Assembly: GCA_964016885.1 (NCBI GenBank)
Contig: OZ024755.1
Location: forward strand, 3,844,001-3,908,000
Origin: Eledone cirrhosa
Taxonomy: Eukaryota
Reading direction: 5' to 3'
DNA: 64,000 nucleotides
The notes below the pieces were generated by a model that saw only the letters and a list, made by a program, of their open reading frames with translations, was not told where the DNA came from and searched no databases. This document shows, one piece after another, positions 12,664 to 27,997 of this stretch (the first letter of the stretch is position 1; each line of letters starts with the position of its first letter). Made by a program: the position numbers and the translations under genes.

Positions 12664-12694
<31 letters not shown>

Positions 12695-13028
12695 AAGAAG
12701 AAAAAAATTATTGAATCTCTGAAAGAGTTTCGCAGGATTCAATTTACCCTTTTGATACCAACCCGGTCAAAATCTTTTCTGCTTCTATGAAAGAAATCAA
12801 CCAATTTTAAAACTTTCCTAATTAATATTTTCCAATATAATTTTTGTAATACTCATATATTATGTTACTATGTTAGTAATGAAATAATAATTTCAGTAAA
12901 TCCCTCAAAATTCTTCATTAATTTATTGAAATAGAGTGTATTTAATTAGAAATACTGTGTGTGAGTGTATGCAGATATATACATATATACATATATGTGT
13001 GTGTGTGTATTCTGTTGGGTAGCGAATC

Positions 13029-13067
<39 letters not shown>

Positions 13068-13759
13068 CCTGATTAGTTTTTTCGTTGTTTTGGTATTGTA
13101 TGGCTGGGTTTACCTGCTGCAATTTTCAATTTGTCAAGCTGTCTAAACTGTTATAAGCTGTATAAAAATAAAATGTGTGTGCGTGCATTCTGTGTTATGT
13201 CGTTATAGTACAAGTTCGTTACTAAAATTAGTTTCAACGTTGTTGTATAACTGAACTGTTGATAAAACAATCAGTAAAATATTCTGTAAATTGGTAAGCA
13301 GTGTGTCGTCAGTAAAAGCCGTAGCATGGCCCCAGCCTTTCGGCTGGAATACGCAATAGAGCAATAGCTATAGAAAGTACCATTTGATTACAAAAGAATA
13401 AAGACAGTAATGTGTCTATTTCTGAGGTAAATTATTGCTAGATTTGTATTATGTAGTATCCACACCATTCCTCTTTCTTTTCGATGTTAATCGATGTTAT
13501 GACAACCATTTTAAGTTCATCCTACACAAATAACCATAGTAACTGAGAAGCAAAGCTGGCCGAGCTGTTAAAATGTCATTGTTCGTATCACTTTATCTAG
13601 AGGTCACACAATTAATACTCAATCGCGTAGTTTTCTACTTAGTTGTGAATATCTCATAGAGGGCGCCACACATCACTGTAAGAAGTTAGAAAAGAATAAC
13701 TAATGAACGTTTAGTTAATTTGAAGTTAGGAGTTCAATTCTGATGATAGAAGAAAATTA

Positions 13760-13932
13760 ATTGTTTGTACTTTTAGCACAAGGCCAGTAAATACCCCAGT
13801 GCATTACTGGTACTTTATTTTATCGACCTCGAAAGGATGAAAGGCAAAGTTAACCTCAGCGGGATTTGAACTCAGATCGTAAAGGCCCGTAACTCTATGC
13901 TGCAAAGCATGGCGTCCGACCCTCTACCGATA
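13760..13932 (-). mobile_element. Meta/MESC-like SINE
   Basis: Reverse complement of core and B-box. Confidence 0.85.
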
Positions 13933-14386
13933 AGAAAATCAATATCTTGGGAATAGGTATTTAATGACTTGAAATCTCGAATATATTCTAACATGGCCAG
14001 TTTATTGTGTAATATAAATCTTAAAGGAAGGTAACTTACACGGGAATATGTGATTAAAAATATCATGCTGAGATATCAAATTAACAAAAGACATAGAAGT
14101 CGTGTTGGTTGTTGTGTGATGACAGCATTATGTAATTATTAATGCCACAGAAATATGTATTACGGTTGATTATGGATAAATTAAATTGTGAGTATCTACA
14201 TCTGGTCCTTTCCGAATTATCGTTATTGTATGTATACTCCCTCATGGGCTTCCAAATTTAATTTAGAAGAATACACATGACGTTGAGTGCTTGCGCTTCA
14301 TTACATCACATCATCGTTTACTAATTGATGTGTAGTATACGCAACGCTAGGTTAGTCAACATTTTATAACACAAGTATGTGTGTGT

Positions 14387-14421
<35 letters not shown>

Positions 14422-14547
14422 CTGAGTTTTTCGCATATTAGTAACATTCGATTCGTTTGCAATTATGCAAACAACCCCCTTTAATATTCGTAAAACTCAG
14501 ATTACATTTATTGTATTCAACCATGTAGAGCGATAACTAGTTGTTAG

Positions 14548-14595
<48 letters not shown>

Positions 14596-15644
14596 GTATA
14601 AACATACACATTCATATATATATATATACGTATAAACATACACATTCATATATATATATATACGTATATACATACACATTCATATATATATATATATATA
14701 TATACACATTCATATATATATATATATATATACACATTCATATATATATATATATACACATTCATATATATATATATATATATATACATTCATATATATA
14801 TATATATACATACACACATACACATTCATATATATATATATATCACCATAATACCTGTACATGCTAAGCATCATTACATTTTTCTCTTTTAAATAATGAA
14901 TATTCTATCGTCTAACTCCTCTTCTCCTTCCAAGATATGGAATGAAGAACGTGTGCTTAACTTCACCATTGTCTTTATAATCTGCCCGAAACAAAAGCAA
15001 TACAATACAATACAACATCTTTAAATATAGGTAAGGATTTTCAGATTGCAGAGCAGGATGTAATTACATGGCAGTGTTTAACTAATACGACCATCGACCA
15101 GCACAATATGGAGAACGAAGACTGGAGAGAAGCTAAAGAGAAGATGGATGATACACAGGTGGAAGTGGAAACGATTACGAACAAAAGACAAGACAGGACA
15201 AAACAAGATACAAAGAAACTAACAAAAGAAACGAGTTGAATGAAATTTCAATGTGAAAGACGTAGCTAGAAGTTATGTTACTACATATGTAGTTATTAGA
15301 ATGGTCATTGATGGAATCAAATAAATGCTATGTTTGATAAAACCTGAATCACCACTTGTAAAATAACCAACATTCTTCAATCTCACAGTTATCATGCAGT
15401 AAAAAATATCATTATTACTATAATTAGGATTCGAAATCTTTAAGATCATCACTAATTATCCTCAATAGTATTATAAATAATAACCAATCATCATTATAGT
15501 GATCGATGATGTTATTATAATTGCTGTTATTAATAAATCAAGGTCTTAAGGCAAAAATCACAAAATATTGGCGAACATAAAACGGAGCGAATGAATAAAA
15601 TAAAAATAAAATGGAAATTTACAAGACATCTTTATAAATATAGA

Positions 15645-16457
15645 TTTCTGATTTAGGCACACGGCGAACAATTATCCCAATGTATTACTGGTACTTTATC
15701 TTATCGACCCCGTAAGGATGAAAGGTAAAGTTAACCACGGCAGGATTTGAACTCAGCACCGTCCTTAATAATGGTTTCTGATTTAGGCACAAGGCCAACA
15801 ATTTTGTGGAAAGGGAAAGTCGATTATATCGCCCCCAGTACATTACTGGTACTTTATTTTATCGACCCCGTTAGGATGAAAGACAAAGCTAATCACAGCA
15901 GGATTTGAACTCAGAACACAAAGCATGTTGTCTGTTGCTCTACCGATTACTGTTAATCCACCACTAATGAAATAATGATTTCTAGTATATGCACAAGGCC
16001 AGTAATTTGGGGGAGCGGAGGGGAAAGTCGATTAAATCGACCCCAGTACATTACTGGTACTTTATTTTATCGACCCCCTTAAGGATGAAAGGCAAAGTTA
16101 ACCTCGGCGGGATTTGAATTCAGACCGCAAAGGGCCGTAACTCTATGCTGCAAGGCATGGCGTCCGACCCTCTACCGATACTGCCAAATCCGCTGCCCTT
16201 CCACCAATGAAATAATGATTTTTACTATCAATGGTTTCTGATTTAGCCACAAGGGCAACAATTTGGGAATGAGAGGGAAAAGTCGACTAAATCGACACCA
16301 GTACATTACTGGTACTTTATTTTATCGGTCCCCACAAGGATGAAAGGCAAAGCTAACCTCGACGGGATTTGAACTCAGAACGTAAAGGGGTGTAGTAACT
16401 GTATACTGTAAAGCTTGTTGTCGGGCGCTCTACCGATACTGCCAATCCACCGCCCTT
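15645..16457 (-). mobile_element. Head-to-tail cluster of four Meta/MESC-like SINEs
   Basis: Four successive cores (CTGGTACTTTAT..TATCG..AGGATGAAAG) near 15690, 15850, 16057 and 16310. Confidence 0.88.
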
Positions 16458-16988
16458 AATACAAATAATTGTTCTCATTAAAACTGTCCTTGACGAAGCA
16501 GTAAAGATAATTAATTTTGTTAAGACTAAACCGTTGAACACGCCTGTTTTTTTTTTGTTTTTTCTAACGTAAAGGGGTGTAACTCTATACCGTAAAGCTT
16601 GTTGTCGAGCGCTCTACCGATTCTACCAAACTCCTTATAGATATAATCAGTAGAAAGTGTCAGACCGATATGTTTGTCACCTTTAAAATGTCAATAGTAC
16701 AATATTTCAGCTTGGGGCTTCATAATCACGTGAGACTTCAAAAATGAAAAAACATTCACAAGATTTTTTTCTTCTTTCAACTTCTTTCTTCTCTCTATCT
16801 CTTTCGCTCTCTTTCTCTCTCTTTCTCTCTCGCTCTCTTTCTCTCTCGCTCTCTTTCTCGCTCTCTTTCTCTCTCTCTTTCTCTCTCTCTTTCGCTCTCT
16901 CTTTCGCTCTCTCTTTCGCTCTCTTTCTCTCTCCCTTTCGCTCTCTCTTTCGCTCTCTCTTTCGCTCTCTCTTTCGCTCTCTCTTTCG

Positions 16989-17020
<32 letters not shown>

Positions 17021-19809
17021 TTCCCTCTCTCTCTCTCTCTCTCTGTCTCTCTCTATCTCTCTCTATATATATACACATATATATCTGTCCCTCTCTTTGT
17101 CACCCACTTTGTCTATTTTCTGTCTCTCTCTCTCTTTTCTCTTATCTATCTATCTAGCTCTATCTTTTTCTCTCTCCTAATGTCTCACTGTGTCTGTCTG
17201 TCTCTCGCTCCTCTCTCTCTACCCAACCTTCTCTCTCTCTATCCATCAATCAATATCTCTCCACTCCCACCATCATATTCTCTACAACGGTGTTCAACTT
17301 TATTATTATATCGTTACCTTCCCCCATTTTTACCTTCCGCCATTTTTACCTTCCGCCATTGTTACCATTAATCCTAACTTTCCACTCGTTTCTTTTATAC
17401 ACAAACTTTACATTTCCTAAATTCATAATTTCCTATTTCCCTCCCTGTAATCCTGCATCCGTCATTTTGATTCCATGGAACAATAGTTTACCTTCCATAG
17501 TTTTCTAAATCTTTCATCTTCCAAGATTCTCCATTAATTCATCAGTATCTACGATGTTTTCTTCTTTTTAATGAGTCAAACATTTCTAATATCTTGTCAT
17601 TACCGCCATACTTGTTTCCTTTCGTTAGTCTTAACCCCTCTTAACTCTCACACCCAGCTCTCTCTCCCCACGTTCTTTCTCTGGTTCTCTTTATCCTCGT
17701 CTCTGTCTCTTCCTCGCACTGTCTCTGTATCTACTCTTATTTCTCTTTTCGTGTCCCTCCCTCGTTCTCTCGTCACCCTCTCGTCACCCTCTCGTCACCC
17801 TCTCTCGTCACCCTCTCTCGTCACCCTCTCTCGCCACCCTCTCTCTCGTCTCCCTCTCTCGTCACCCTCTCTCGTCACCCTCTCTCTCGCCACCCTCTCT
17901 CTCGCCACCCTCTCTCTCGCCACCCTCTCTCTCGTCTCCCTCTCTCTCGTCTCCCTCTCTCTCGTCTCCCTCTCTCTCGTCACCCTCTCTCGTCACCGCC
18001 CCTCTCACCCCTCCTCTCACACCCTCCTCTCACACCCTCTCAACCCCTCTCACCCCCCATCGTCATCTCCCACCTCTGGCTTATGACAACTATTCTCTGT
18101 CACCATTCTTTAATAATTTCTCCTCCATCTTCTCTGTCTTCCCACCTTCTTCCCCGTATTCAAATATCTTACAACTACCTCCCATTCTTGCCTCTAGTGT
18201 TTCTCTATAATTTAAGAAACTTCTATTTTTCTATTTCTATTCTAACTTTTAATTTAACTTATTTTTCCTTCAATCATATAAAATATTCTGTTTAACTATT
18301 TCCAACTTCATTTTGGTTATATTTTTGTTTTTACTTGACAGGTATGTATAACATGTTTTATCAATTGTCCTTCCAAACGTATATAGTTCTTTAGCTTCTC
18401 TCTTACAAAATATAACGTAACTATTCTCATACAAAATGTATTAACACGCACACGCACGCGCGCGCGCAAGCACACACACGTGCGTGCTCGTACATGCATA
18501 TATAAAATATATATACTTGTACTAGCATCCATTCATCCATCAATCTTTCCATATATATCCATCGACACGCACACGAATGCTCACACACACACACACATTT
18601 ATATACGTCCATAAATACATACTTACACATATATATATATATATATATACATACGTCCATAAATAAATACTTACACATATAATATATATATATATACGTC
18701 CATAAATACATACATAATAACTAGAGGAAACATTTTCTAAGGAAAATTTTCAAATTCTGTTGAAAATTAATCTCGCTACAGCGGGATTATTTTAACTCCA
18801 CCCACGCACGTTCCTCATATTTTGAAATAACAATATGGATTCCAGTGAAACTATATATGGAGAGAACGAGAGAAGGTTCTTTCTCAAAAATTGTTCTACA
18901 TTGAATATTTGGATAATTTTTTCAAATAATAATTATACGGAACAAACTATTGCTATGCATGTGTGTGACCGCAAATGTTGCAATTAACACAATTCTGTTT
19001 ATTCTTGTGAGATGATAATCTTGCTTAGCAAATACTTCAGTCTGCATGTCACCTCTTCAGCAAGTTATCAGCATGTAGTATTGGACATTATCTATAGAAA
19101 TAATCTGAAAGAATAATGAATTGAGCAGGAAATTGGAAGACTTCTGCAAGCAACAACTGTTGAAAAGAGAAACCACTAAATGTAGTGTAGGATAAAATAT
19201 AGAAATAACAACATATTTCTGTACAAAAAAATACGGTGGTGGAACCTATTATTTTGAAAAAATTCCAACGTTTATTCAATTGATTATGGCCATAGGAGCT
19301 GAAATTTGGTTATCAGCGTGAATTATATCAAAAACCTGAATTTCTACAATGACAGAAGGTAGGGATAAATAGAAACAAAAATTTAAAAAAAAGTATTCGT
19401 AGCTTAATGGACAGAAAAAACAACAGAAATAAGAAAAAAATACTGGTAGCCTTCAGACATGTTTACACAGGCTTGTAAGAGCGAAACCACCCATAATGTA
19501 TCTATTTTTCCTGCTTCATATATATTATATATCTTTTCCCTTTTTCTACCAGGACAACTGGTGTTATGCTCAGCTAACATGTTCGAATGTATTAGAAGAT
19601 AAGCAAATCATTCTCTTGGAAGCATGTGATATAAATATATATGATTGATGATGATATGGAAATTCCAGGAATATATTGACTATTCCTAGCATGATGTATT
19701 TCTTTGAAATATTATTCCTCGGCTACATACGGTCAAATAAGATAACGACGCAACAACGGTTTTTCATCATGGAATAAATAACATGTTTGTCAGTGTATAC
19801 TATGGTATA

Positions 19810-20143
19810 TGGTCCTATGACTCCAGAGGGAGATAAAATGGCGCCGTATTGACATAATCGTGCGGCCTTTCTTGGGTATTTTAAGCCAGGCGGAACCCAT
19901 TCCTCTCCAGTTCTGAATACAGTGAATTCCTACCAGAGAAGGATAGATAGAAAGTGAGAGTGAGGAAGCGAGAAAGAGATATAAAGGGAGAATTGATCCA
20001 AGTACTTGACTGGTACTTTTTTTATCGACCTCGAAATGATGAAAGACAAAGTTGACCTCAGTGGGATTTGAACTCAGAGAGCCGGAACGAATGCCACAAA
20101 TCTTTCTAACCAACGTTTTAACGACTCTGCCAATTCGTCGCCT
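19810..20143 (-). mobile_element. Long-tailed SINE variant, near full length
   Basis: tRNA head and Meta core joined to the ~190-bp tail shared with 925-1168. Confidence 0.8.
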
Positions 20144-21560
20144 TACAATCTATATATCTACTTATAGGAAATAAATTCAGTGTTGGTGTGTGAAGACATT
20201 CATCTAAGAAAGTGAGGTGGGGTTTTCCTTCACGGGGTTTGTAAGTAAATATTGTTCTGGGCTCCTGTAAGAGGGGAAAAAACCCCATCACATCTCAAAT
20301 TTTTACACACTCTGAGGACACTAAAACTATCGGGTTCGACTAGAAAAATCCCATAATTAGCTGGTTTGAAAACACGCCGACTAGATCGATAAGAACAATG
20401 ACACCAAAGGCGCAGATCCTCCTCGGTCATTAGAATATACTTTTGTAATTGTTTGAAGAAGCTCAGGATATATTCACGAAACAATAGATATAGGATTCAA
20501 CTGCTGTCTATCAGTTTATTGTTTTTAACTGAGCTGTGGATGACAAAATCAATAAAACAATCATTCATTCTTGATAGGTAGGTACATTAAGTTCTGGTCA
20601 AGTAAAGGGGTCGATTTCAATCGATTAAAGAATCTCCATACATATATTGAGTGATTATTGATTTATTCATGGCTAGCAAAGTGGTTATTTGTATAGTTTG
20701 ACTAGGGAGAATTGATTTATCTTGTAGAGGGGTTGAAATTATGAAATTATAAAATTGACGCCTTTTCAAAGAACTTACTGGAAAAGAGAAATATGTTTAA
20801 CTGAGAAACGAGATCCGATTGAGTACTCCGCTCACCCAGAGCTTGTGTTTCTCTCTACTACAAGCCCCCGACACCAAAGTTACTAGTTCAACAACTAATA
20901 ATTAAAATGTGATATGGTATGTACCCGTAACTCCCGAGGGAGTCATAGGGGCGCCATATTTACATACGGCGTTTCTAGGGCATTTTTAAAAACCTGATAG
21001 AGCCCATCTCCTCTCCGGGTTTGAATACAACAGATTTCTTCCAGAGAAGGATAGAGAGAGTGAGAAAGGAATTGAGAAAGAAATATAGAAGAAGAATCGA
21101 TCCCAGTATTTACACTGGGTTTGATTCCTCAATTCAAATACAATTAAATATATATATATTTCTCGAAAAACTATAGCAGTATTTGTCTTTCTAAAGACAA
21201 ATAGATTGAGATCAGACAGTTAATCTCTCAATTCTGATATACACCTATAATGCATTAATTCACAGGAAAAACGTACTTCCTCGATAGATGCAGGGTGATA
21301 AAAATACAACAACATTGTGATAAGTAGCTAAATTAAGTTGTACATCACTGAAAGTTTAGTTGTCTAAGTTGCAATCTCTGTTGCAATCTGCAAGAAAGAA
21401 TGTCCGAATTATTCTCCAAATAATGTCTACTGTTTTTTATGGAATTCAATTATAGTTTTGAAACAATTACATTACAAAGTTTCAATGACAATTTCTGATT
21501 CCACTGTTGCGATTGCATAGTAGGAATTTCATAGTAGCTGCAAGATTTAGGATGTAGTAG

Positions 21561-21596
<36 letters not shown>

Positions 21597-24279
21597 CAGT
21601 GTATAGCTGTGTTATATATATATATATGTATACTCATAGAATAACTTGTGAAATTGCTGTAGGTTTAAGTATGGCGGTGACTATAAATTGAAGAAAACGA
21701 TAATGGTTTTTGTCGAACGTAGTTTGATTTACCAAACAGGAAATGATAAAACGAATGCAGATGAGATATATTCCGTTTTCCTAACGCTAACACAATTTAG
21801 AGTTTTTCAGTGCAAGAAAAATTCTCTTCTAATAATATATTGAATCTATTATTTAATTTAAATGTATTCAAGTAATATATGGTGAATTCATTAGTAGTGT
21901 AGAAATGAAGTAATTTGATTCAACCGAACATCGAAACCCGAGTTTAAACTTATTTTGATATGACCTTATTGTTGCATTTGCTGTTCAGTAAGATTTTAAT
22001 ACAATCTAGCTTTTTATCTTTGATCCGAATCGACAAGATCTCAGGCCTTATTTTCTTACCAAGTGAGGTGGAACATGCGAGATCGGATCAAGAAAACAAT
22101 ACTTATATTGGTCTTTCCATTTGCTGATACTATCTAACGGTCGCAATTTCTGGCAGAGTATATATACATACATACGCATAAACACATACATAGACATACA
22201 CATAAACACATACATAGACATACATACATACACACAATCATACATGTATATATGGGAGTTGAATTGATTCACAAGATCCTAGACCTCATCCACTTACAAA
22301 ATGAGGTGGAACTTGTCAAATCGGACCAAGGAAACAATGTTTCTATTGGTCTTTCCATTGCTGATACTATCTACCGATCACAACTGGCAGAATACAATCT
22401 ATTAAAGCATTGAAAAAAACATTAATCTTCACAAGAAATATATTTAGTTAGATGTAGAGACTGGAATGCAATTTACGACGTTTTCTAATCTTGATGGCAT
22501 GAAGATAGTCAAACAAACTCCATACACAATTATAGAATGAAGTCCTATGTAAAAACACTGCTTTTGTAAATTTCCTTTGTATTAGTATTATATCTGTTGT
22601 TTTCTCTGTCTCTCTCGCTCTCCCTATCTCTCACTATTATAAGCAAATGGGCCCACGCACTGGTCTCCCCGCGGCCCTGGCAAAAAAGAATAGAGAAGGT
22701 GTTTACCCGGAGGAAAGTGAGGGAGACGTGCTGGAAGAGACATTATAGATCGCGAGGCTCACACCTGCGGGTAACCTTCTCTGTCCCGATGGTGGTGAGT
22801 AAGGATGTGGTCCTAGGCCCAAGGACACCAAAAGTGTCCTAGTATTCTAACATTTTAAAACTAACTACAACTATTTATAACTTAAGGCGACACTCGTCTA
22901 TATAGAGAACATGCGACTATAACTCCGAACTCGATATCAAATTGTCTTTTAAAATGTTCAGATATTTTCTCAGACAGTTAATCTTATTAAGCTGGACGCT
23001 GCTTCTCGTTTCATTAATAACTTAAATTCGATTAAGTTAACTACGGATGTTATTACGGGGTGGCTGTGATCTTGTTTGTGTCCTTGGATAGTCAACGATA
23101 TTCGTTGCTAAGTGATCGATTGGCTAGTGCTGGGATGATGAACAAATCGATATTTTTGCTACGGAAAATAAAAGTAGTTGATGTTGTTTTTTTGTTGTTA
23201 GTTTTTTTTTTTCTAAACAACAATTAATTTATATATTTATCCCCCCCCCCCCCCCCATCTTCCTCTCTATCTAAACATCTTTCTTTTTTACATTGATTTC
23301 TTTATCATTTTTTTTTTACTCTTAGATTTTATAATTCTCTCTCTCTCTCTTGTATTTTTTTGTCTGTCTATCCATCTCGCTTTTTTTTGTCATTCCTGCT
23401 TCATTCTCTCTCTCTCTTTCTTGCTTTTATTTTTCGTTTCGTCTCTCACCCCCCTCCCCTCTCTATTGTTTTGATCGTCTGCTTTATACATTCTATACAT
23501 CCCTCCTACATTGTCCCTCCCTCTTTCTCGTTGTCTATCCTCCACTCTTTCTTTCTCTCTCTACTTCGCTATTACTAGTTCTCTCTTTCACTCTAATATC
23601 CTCAACCTCCCCTCTTTCTCAATATTTATCACTCTCCCTCTTCCTCCCTCTTTCTATCTCTCTCTCTCCCTCTCTCTCGCTATACATCCCTCTCTCTCTC
23701 GCTATACATCCCTCTCTCTCGCTATACACCCCTCTCTCTATATATATACACATCATCCTAATTATACTATTGATGAATATAATCCAATCTTAGAATAATT
23801 TGCAATACCTCACCCCCCTTCTCACAATACCTCACCCCCTTCTCTCACAATACCTCACCCCCTTCTCTCACAATACCTCACCCCCCTTCTCTCACAATAC
23901 CTCACCCCCCCTTCTCTCACAAACCCTCACCCAACTCTCTCCGACTCTTCTACCTTCTCTCTCTTTCTCGTCCACTCTCCTCCCTCTCTCTCTTTCCCAC
24001 CCCCACCTTCTCTCTCTTTCCCTCTCCTCCCACTCTCCTCCTACCCGATTATCTCTTTCTCTAACTTTCCTACCTATAAACTCCTCCAATATCTACCATA
24101 GTTTGACATTTTTCAATATTTTCTAGTCTAATCAATAATAAACAAAAATTGTTTACATATTAAGTTTAGTTTAGAATATCGATTTTCTAACTTCGATATT
24201 TTGTCTTATATCTATTCTCTTCTTTAAACTTTTCATTTTATTTCCCCGGCAGCTTTATGTTTGGAAATTATCTTCTTTT

Positions 24280-24334
<55 letters not shown>

Positions 24335-24428
24335 AACCGACATATTTACCTGGCTGGCTACCTACCTATCTACCTACCTACCTACCTATGAATCTATCTA
24401 TTTATCATATATCAATCTTATCGATCAA

Positions 24429-24475
<47 letters not shown>

Positions 24476-24759
24476 ATACACACACACACACACACATTGT
24501 TCTCGGCGTGGTGATCTAACTGTTGTGGGACTACTATATATATATATATATATACACACATATATATAGGGTGAAAACCCGTAAAGACGGAAAAAGAAGT
24601 TACCATCGGCCGCCTCAAGGAAACGAACCCCGTATGAGGACACTTCTCTTTATATTAACTCTATCCTCTCAGCGCTTTGTAAAAAGTCCGAGACATCGGC
24701 TACGTATACACAATATATATTTACATTATATATATATATATACACACACATGAATCTAT

Positions 24760-24954
24760 AGGAAAAGGGTCAGGACCCCGACGGCTGAGCTAGCTCCGGC
24801 CGTTTTGACAGCTAGATCTGAACTAGTTCAGATCTAGCTGTCGAAGCTCAGCCGTCGGGGTCCTGACTCTTTTTCCTACTACTCACTCTACTACCCAAAG
24901 TATCGAGTACTCTGGTGCGTTATGGTCCACCTAGTTCCTTACCACACTTCCTTT

Positions 24955-24956
<2 letters not shown>
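24760..24956. mobile_element. Palindromic (TA)n-associated element, copy 1
   Basis: Foldback centred on TCTGAACTAGTTCAGA; homologous to 35593-35824, 41259-41318 and 50236-50375. Confidence 0.8.
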
Positions 24957-25001
<45 letters not shown>

Positions 25002-25343
25002 TATATATAAATATAGTCACACACATAATATACATTTTATATATATATATATATATATATGTTGACATGTGACTATGCCCTCCTATTAACTTCAATGTCG
25101 GAGATGTACTCGTCAGGATATATCAATACTTTGCCAAGTAAACTAAATAAACTTAATGCTATTTCTACCAAATAGGAAGAGATTATTGCTTTTTATTATT
25201 GCTTTAAACATCGTTATTGCTTTATATGGTTTTATTAGACTGTCTGTCTGTCTGTCTGTAATGTTACTACTGAGGAGTGGATAAGCAGAATCTATATACC
25301 TCCTGTGTGTGTATGTATGTATGTATGTATGTATGTGTGTATG

Positions 25344-26163
25344 TTCTTCTGGTTTTATAATTTCACAAAGTTTTACCAATAGAGAGAGAGTCGGTTTCTA
25401 ACATAGACACAAAACTCTCTCATTGGAATTTACACAACATCAACTAGGTAGATATGTATGTCTGCATGCATGTGTATATATGGATGTTATTGTATGTGTG
25501 ATGTGTATGTTTTGAGTTGTATGCATGTGTATATGCTTTGTATATGCCGTTATTAGATGCAACATTTTTGGAATGTTTTACATATTTTTACTGTTCCATT
25601 AATGGATTGTACTTGTAGTTTCCTAACTAGTTGTGTTCTTTCTGTTCCTGTGTAACCCAGCTTCTCAAGATTTGTATTGAGGCAGTTACTAACATATCCC
25701 AGTGCCCCAATAATCACAGGCATAAATCTGAAGGTGTAATCAGGGTGGAGTATCTGCAGATTTCTCATCAATTTTGCATAAATATTCTCCTTTTCACTAA
25801 TCTATGATATTATATTGGCATCTACTGTTCATGTTTTCTTCTCCCTGTCCCATATCATAATATCTGGTCTGTTATGCTTGCATTTTATTGGGGTTTTTAC
25901 TGGAACATTCCACCAGTACTCTTTCATATTATGTACATGGATGTCTTCCACATTGTTGTAGCTTTTAATGTGTTTATTATCGGGGCTATCTTTTTTACGA
26001 ACTGCATTTTGGCCACTACATGCCTCATAGGTAGATAGTACCGCGATGACATCTTTGGACAGCTGCTGATGACATGGGTGATATCCTCGATGTTAGTTCT
26101 GCAGAGTCTGCACTTGTTATCACATCTAGGTGTTTTGCCTGCATCCCTATCTCTTTTGTGAAT
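25344..26163 (-). mobile_element. 3' end of an RLE-type (R4/Dong-like) non-LTR retrotransposon, frameshifted
   Basis: CCHC knuckle CRLCRTNIEDITHVISSC, YWWNVPVKTPIKCKHNRPDIMIWD (restriction-like endonuclease PD motif) and PVIIGALG..GTVKICKTF. Flanked on both sides by (TACA/TATG)n. Confidence 0.9.
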
Positions 26164-26693
26164 TGTATGTATGTTATGTATGTATGTATGTATGTATGTA
26201 TGTATGTATGTATGTATGTATGTATAAACGCACACATATCTCTCTCTTCCTTCCTTTGTCTCTTCCTCTCTCTTTCTCTCTCTCTCTCTTCCTCTTTCTC
26301 TCTTCCTCTTTCTCTCTTCCTCTTTCTCTCTTCCTCTTTCTCTCTTCCTCTTTCTCTCTTCCTCTTTCTCTCTCTCTTTCTCTCTCTTTCTCTCTCTTCT
26401 TCTCTCTCTCTCTCTTCCTCTCTCTCTCTTTCTCTCTTCCTCTCTCTCTCTCTTTCTCTCTCTCTTCCTCTCTATCTTCCTCTCTCTCTTCCTCTCTCTC
26501 TCTCTTCCCCTCTCTCTCTCTTCCTCTCTCTCTTCCTCTTCCTATCTCTCTTCCTCTCTCTCTCTTCCTGCCTCTTCGCCTCTCTCTATCAACCCCCTCT
26601 CCCTCTTTCTATAAATAATGTATTTGTGTATGTGTATTATGTATGAGAAATAGATGAAAAGCTAGATAGATACACGCAAGTACATAAGTATTT

Positions 26694-26739
<46 letters not shown>

Positions 26740-26754
26740 CATATATAAATATAT

Positions 26755-26847
<93 letters not shown>

Positions 26848-26856
26848 CATATATAA

Positions 26857-26925
<69 letters not shown>

Positions 26926-26926
26926 C

Positions 26927-26979
<53 letters not shown>

Positions 26980-26991
26980 CATATATAAATA

Positions 26992-27082
<91 letters not shown>

Positions 27083-27997
27083 GTGTTTATATATATATAT
27101 TTATTTATGCATGGTGCGTGCATTGGAAACATTTATCTTATCTGCAGTTTCTTGAAGTACGACAAGTATGATACATATGAGATTTTCGACATTGATTTTC
27201 AGTGGAGAAAAGATAGATCGAATGCACACACACGCACACACACACACAAACTTACAGACACACACAAAGAGAGAGAGAGAGAGAGACTAACGTACAAATG
27301 TACACATATATACATTAATACAAAGATACATAAGTACATATATACAAATATACATACATATATGCATGCACACACATACATATATGCATGTATATACATA
27401 CATACATTTATACATACATATATACATACATACATATATACATACATATATACATACATACATATATACATACATATATATTTATATATATTGGAAGTTT
27501 CAACTAATGTTTCCAGATTTGTAATTATCCCAGAATGCTTTGTAAACAAATACATAATCAGGTGGTTTCGTTTCGTTTCGTTTCCTTTGTTTCGTATTTT
27601 TACATCTCTTTCATCCTGAGTCCTTTTTTTCTTATATTTTGTCGTTCTTTTCCTTTAATCATCGGTGTTATTAAAACTTGGGTGATGAATTACATTGTCC
27701 CTGTATCTCCCGAGGGAGTTGTAAGGGCGCTATATGGCATTTCTAGGGCATTTTAAAACCTGGCAGAGCCCATCTCCTCTCCAGGTCTGAATACAGCAAA
27801 TTTCTTCCTGGGAAGGGCGGGAGTGAGAAAGAGATATAGAGGAAGAATCTCTCCCAGTACTAGACTGACTTTTATCTATTCAAGGTTGATATAAAAAGTA
27901 CCAAAGTTAACCTCGACGGGATTTTCACGTCCTTTTATCTGTAATAAAACCTCGTCTCTTAAAATTAAATAGTGTATTGCTTACATAAGTTAATATA

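Noticed and set aside
15108-15239. Short ORF MENEDWREAKEKMDD..
   Set aside because: An alternative frame contains KRRWM, suggesting an RTE LINE relic; there is no supporting gene structure.
19012-19072. Hammerhead-like CTGAAGA-GGT..ACT-GAAG on the minus strand
   Set aside because: GAAG instead of GAAA, and no NUH triplet positioned before stem I.
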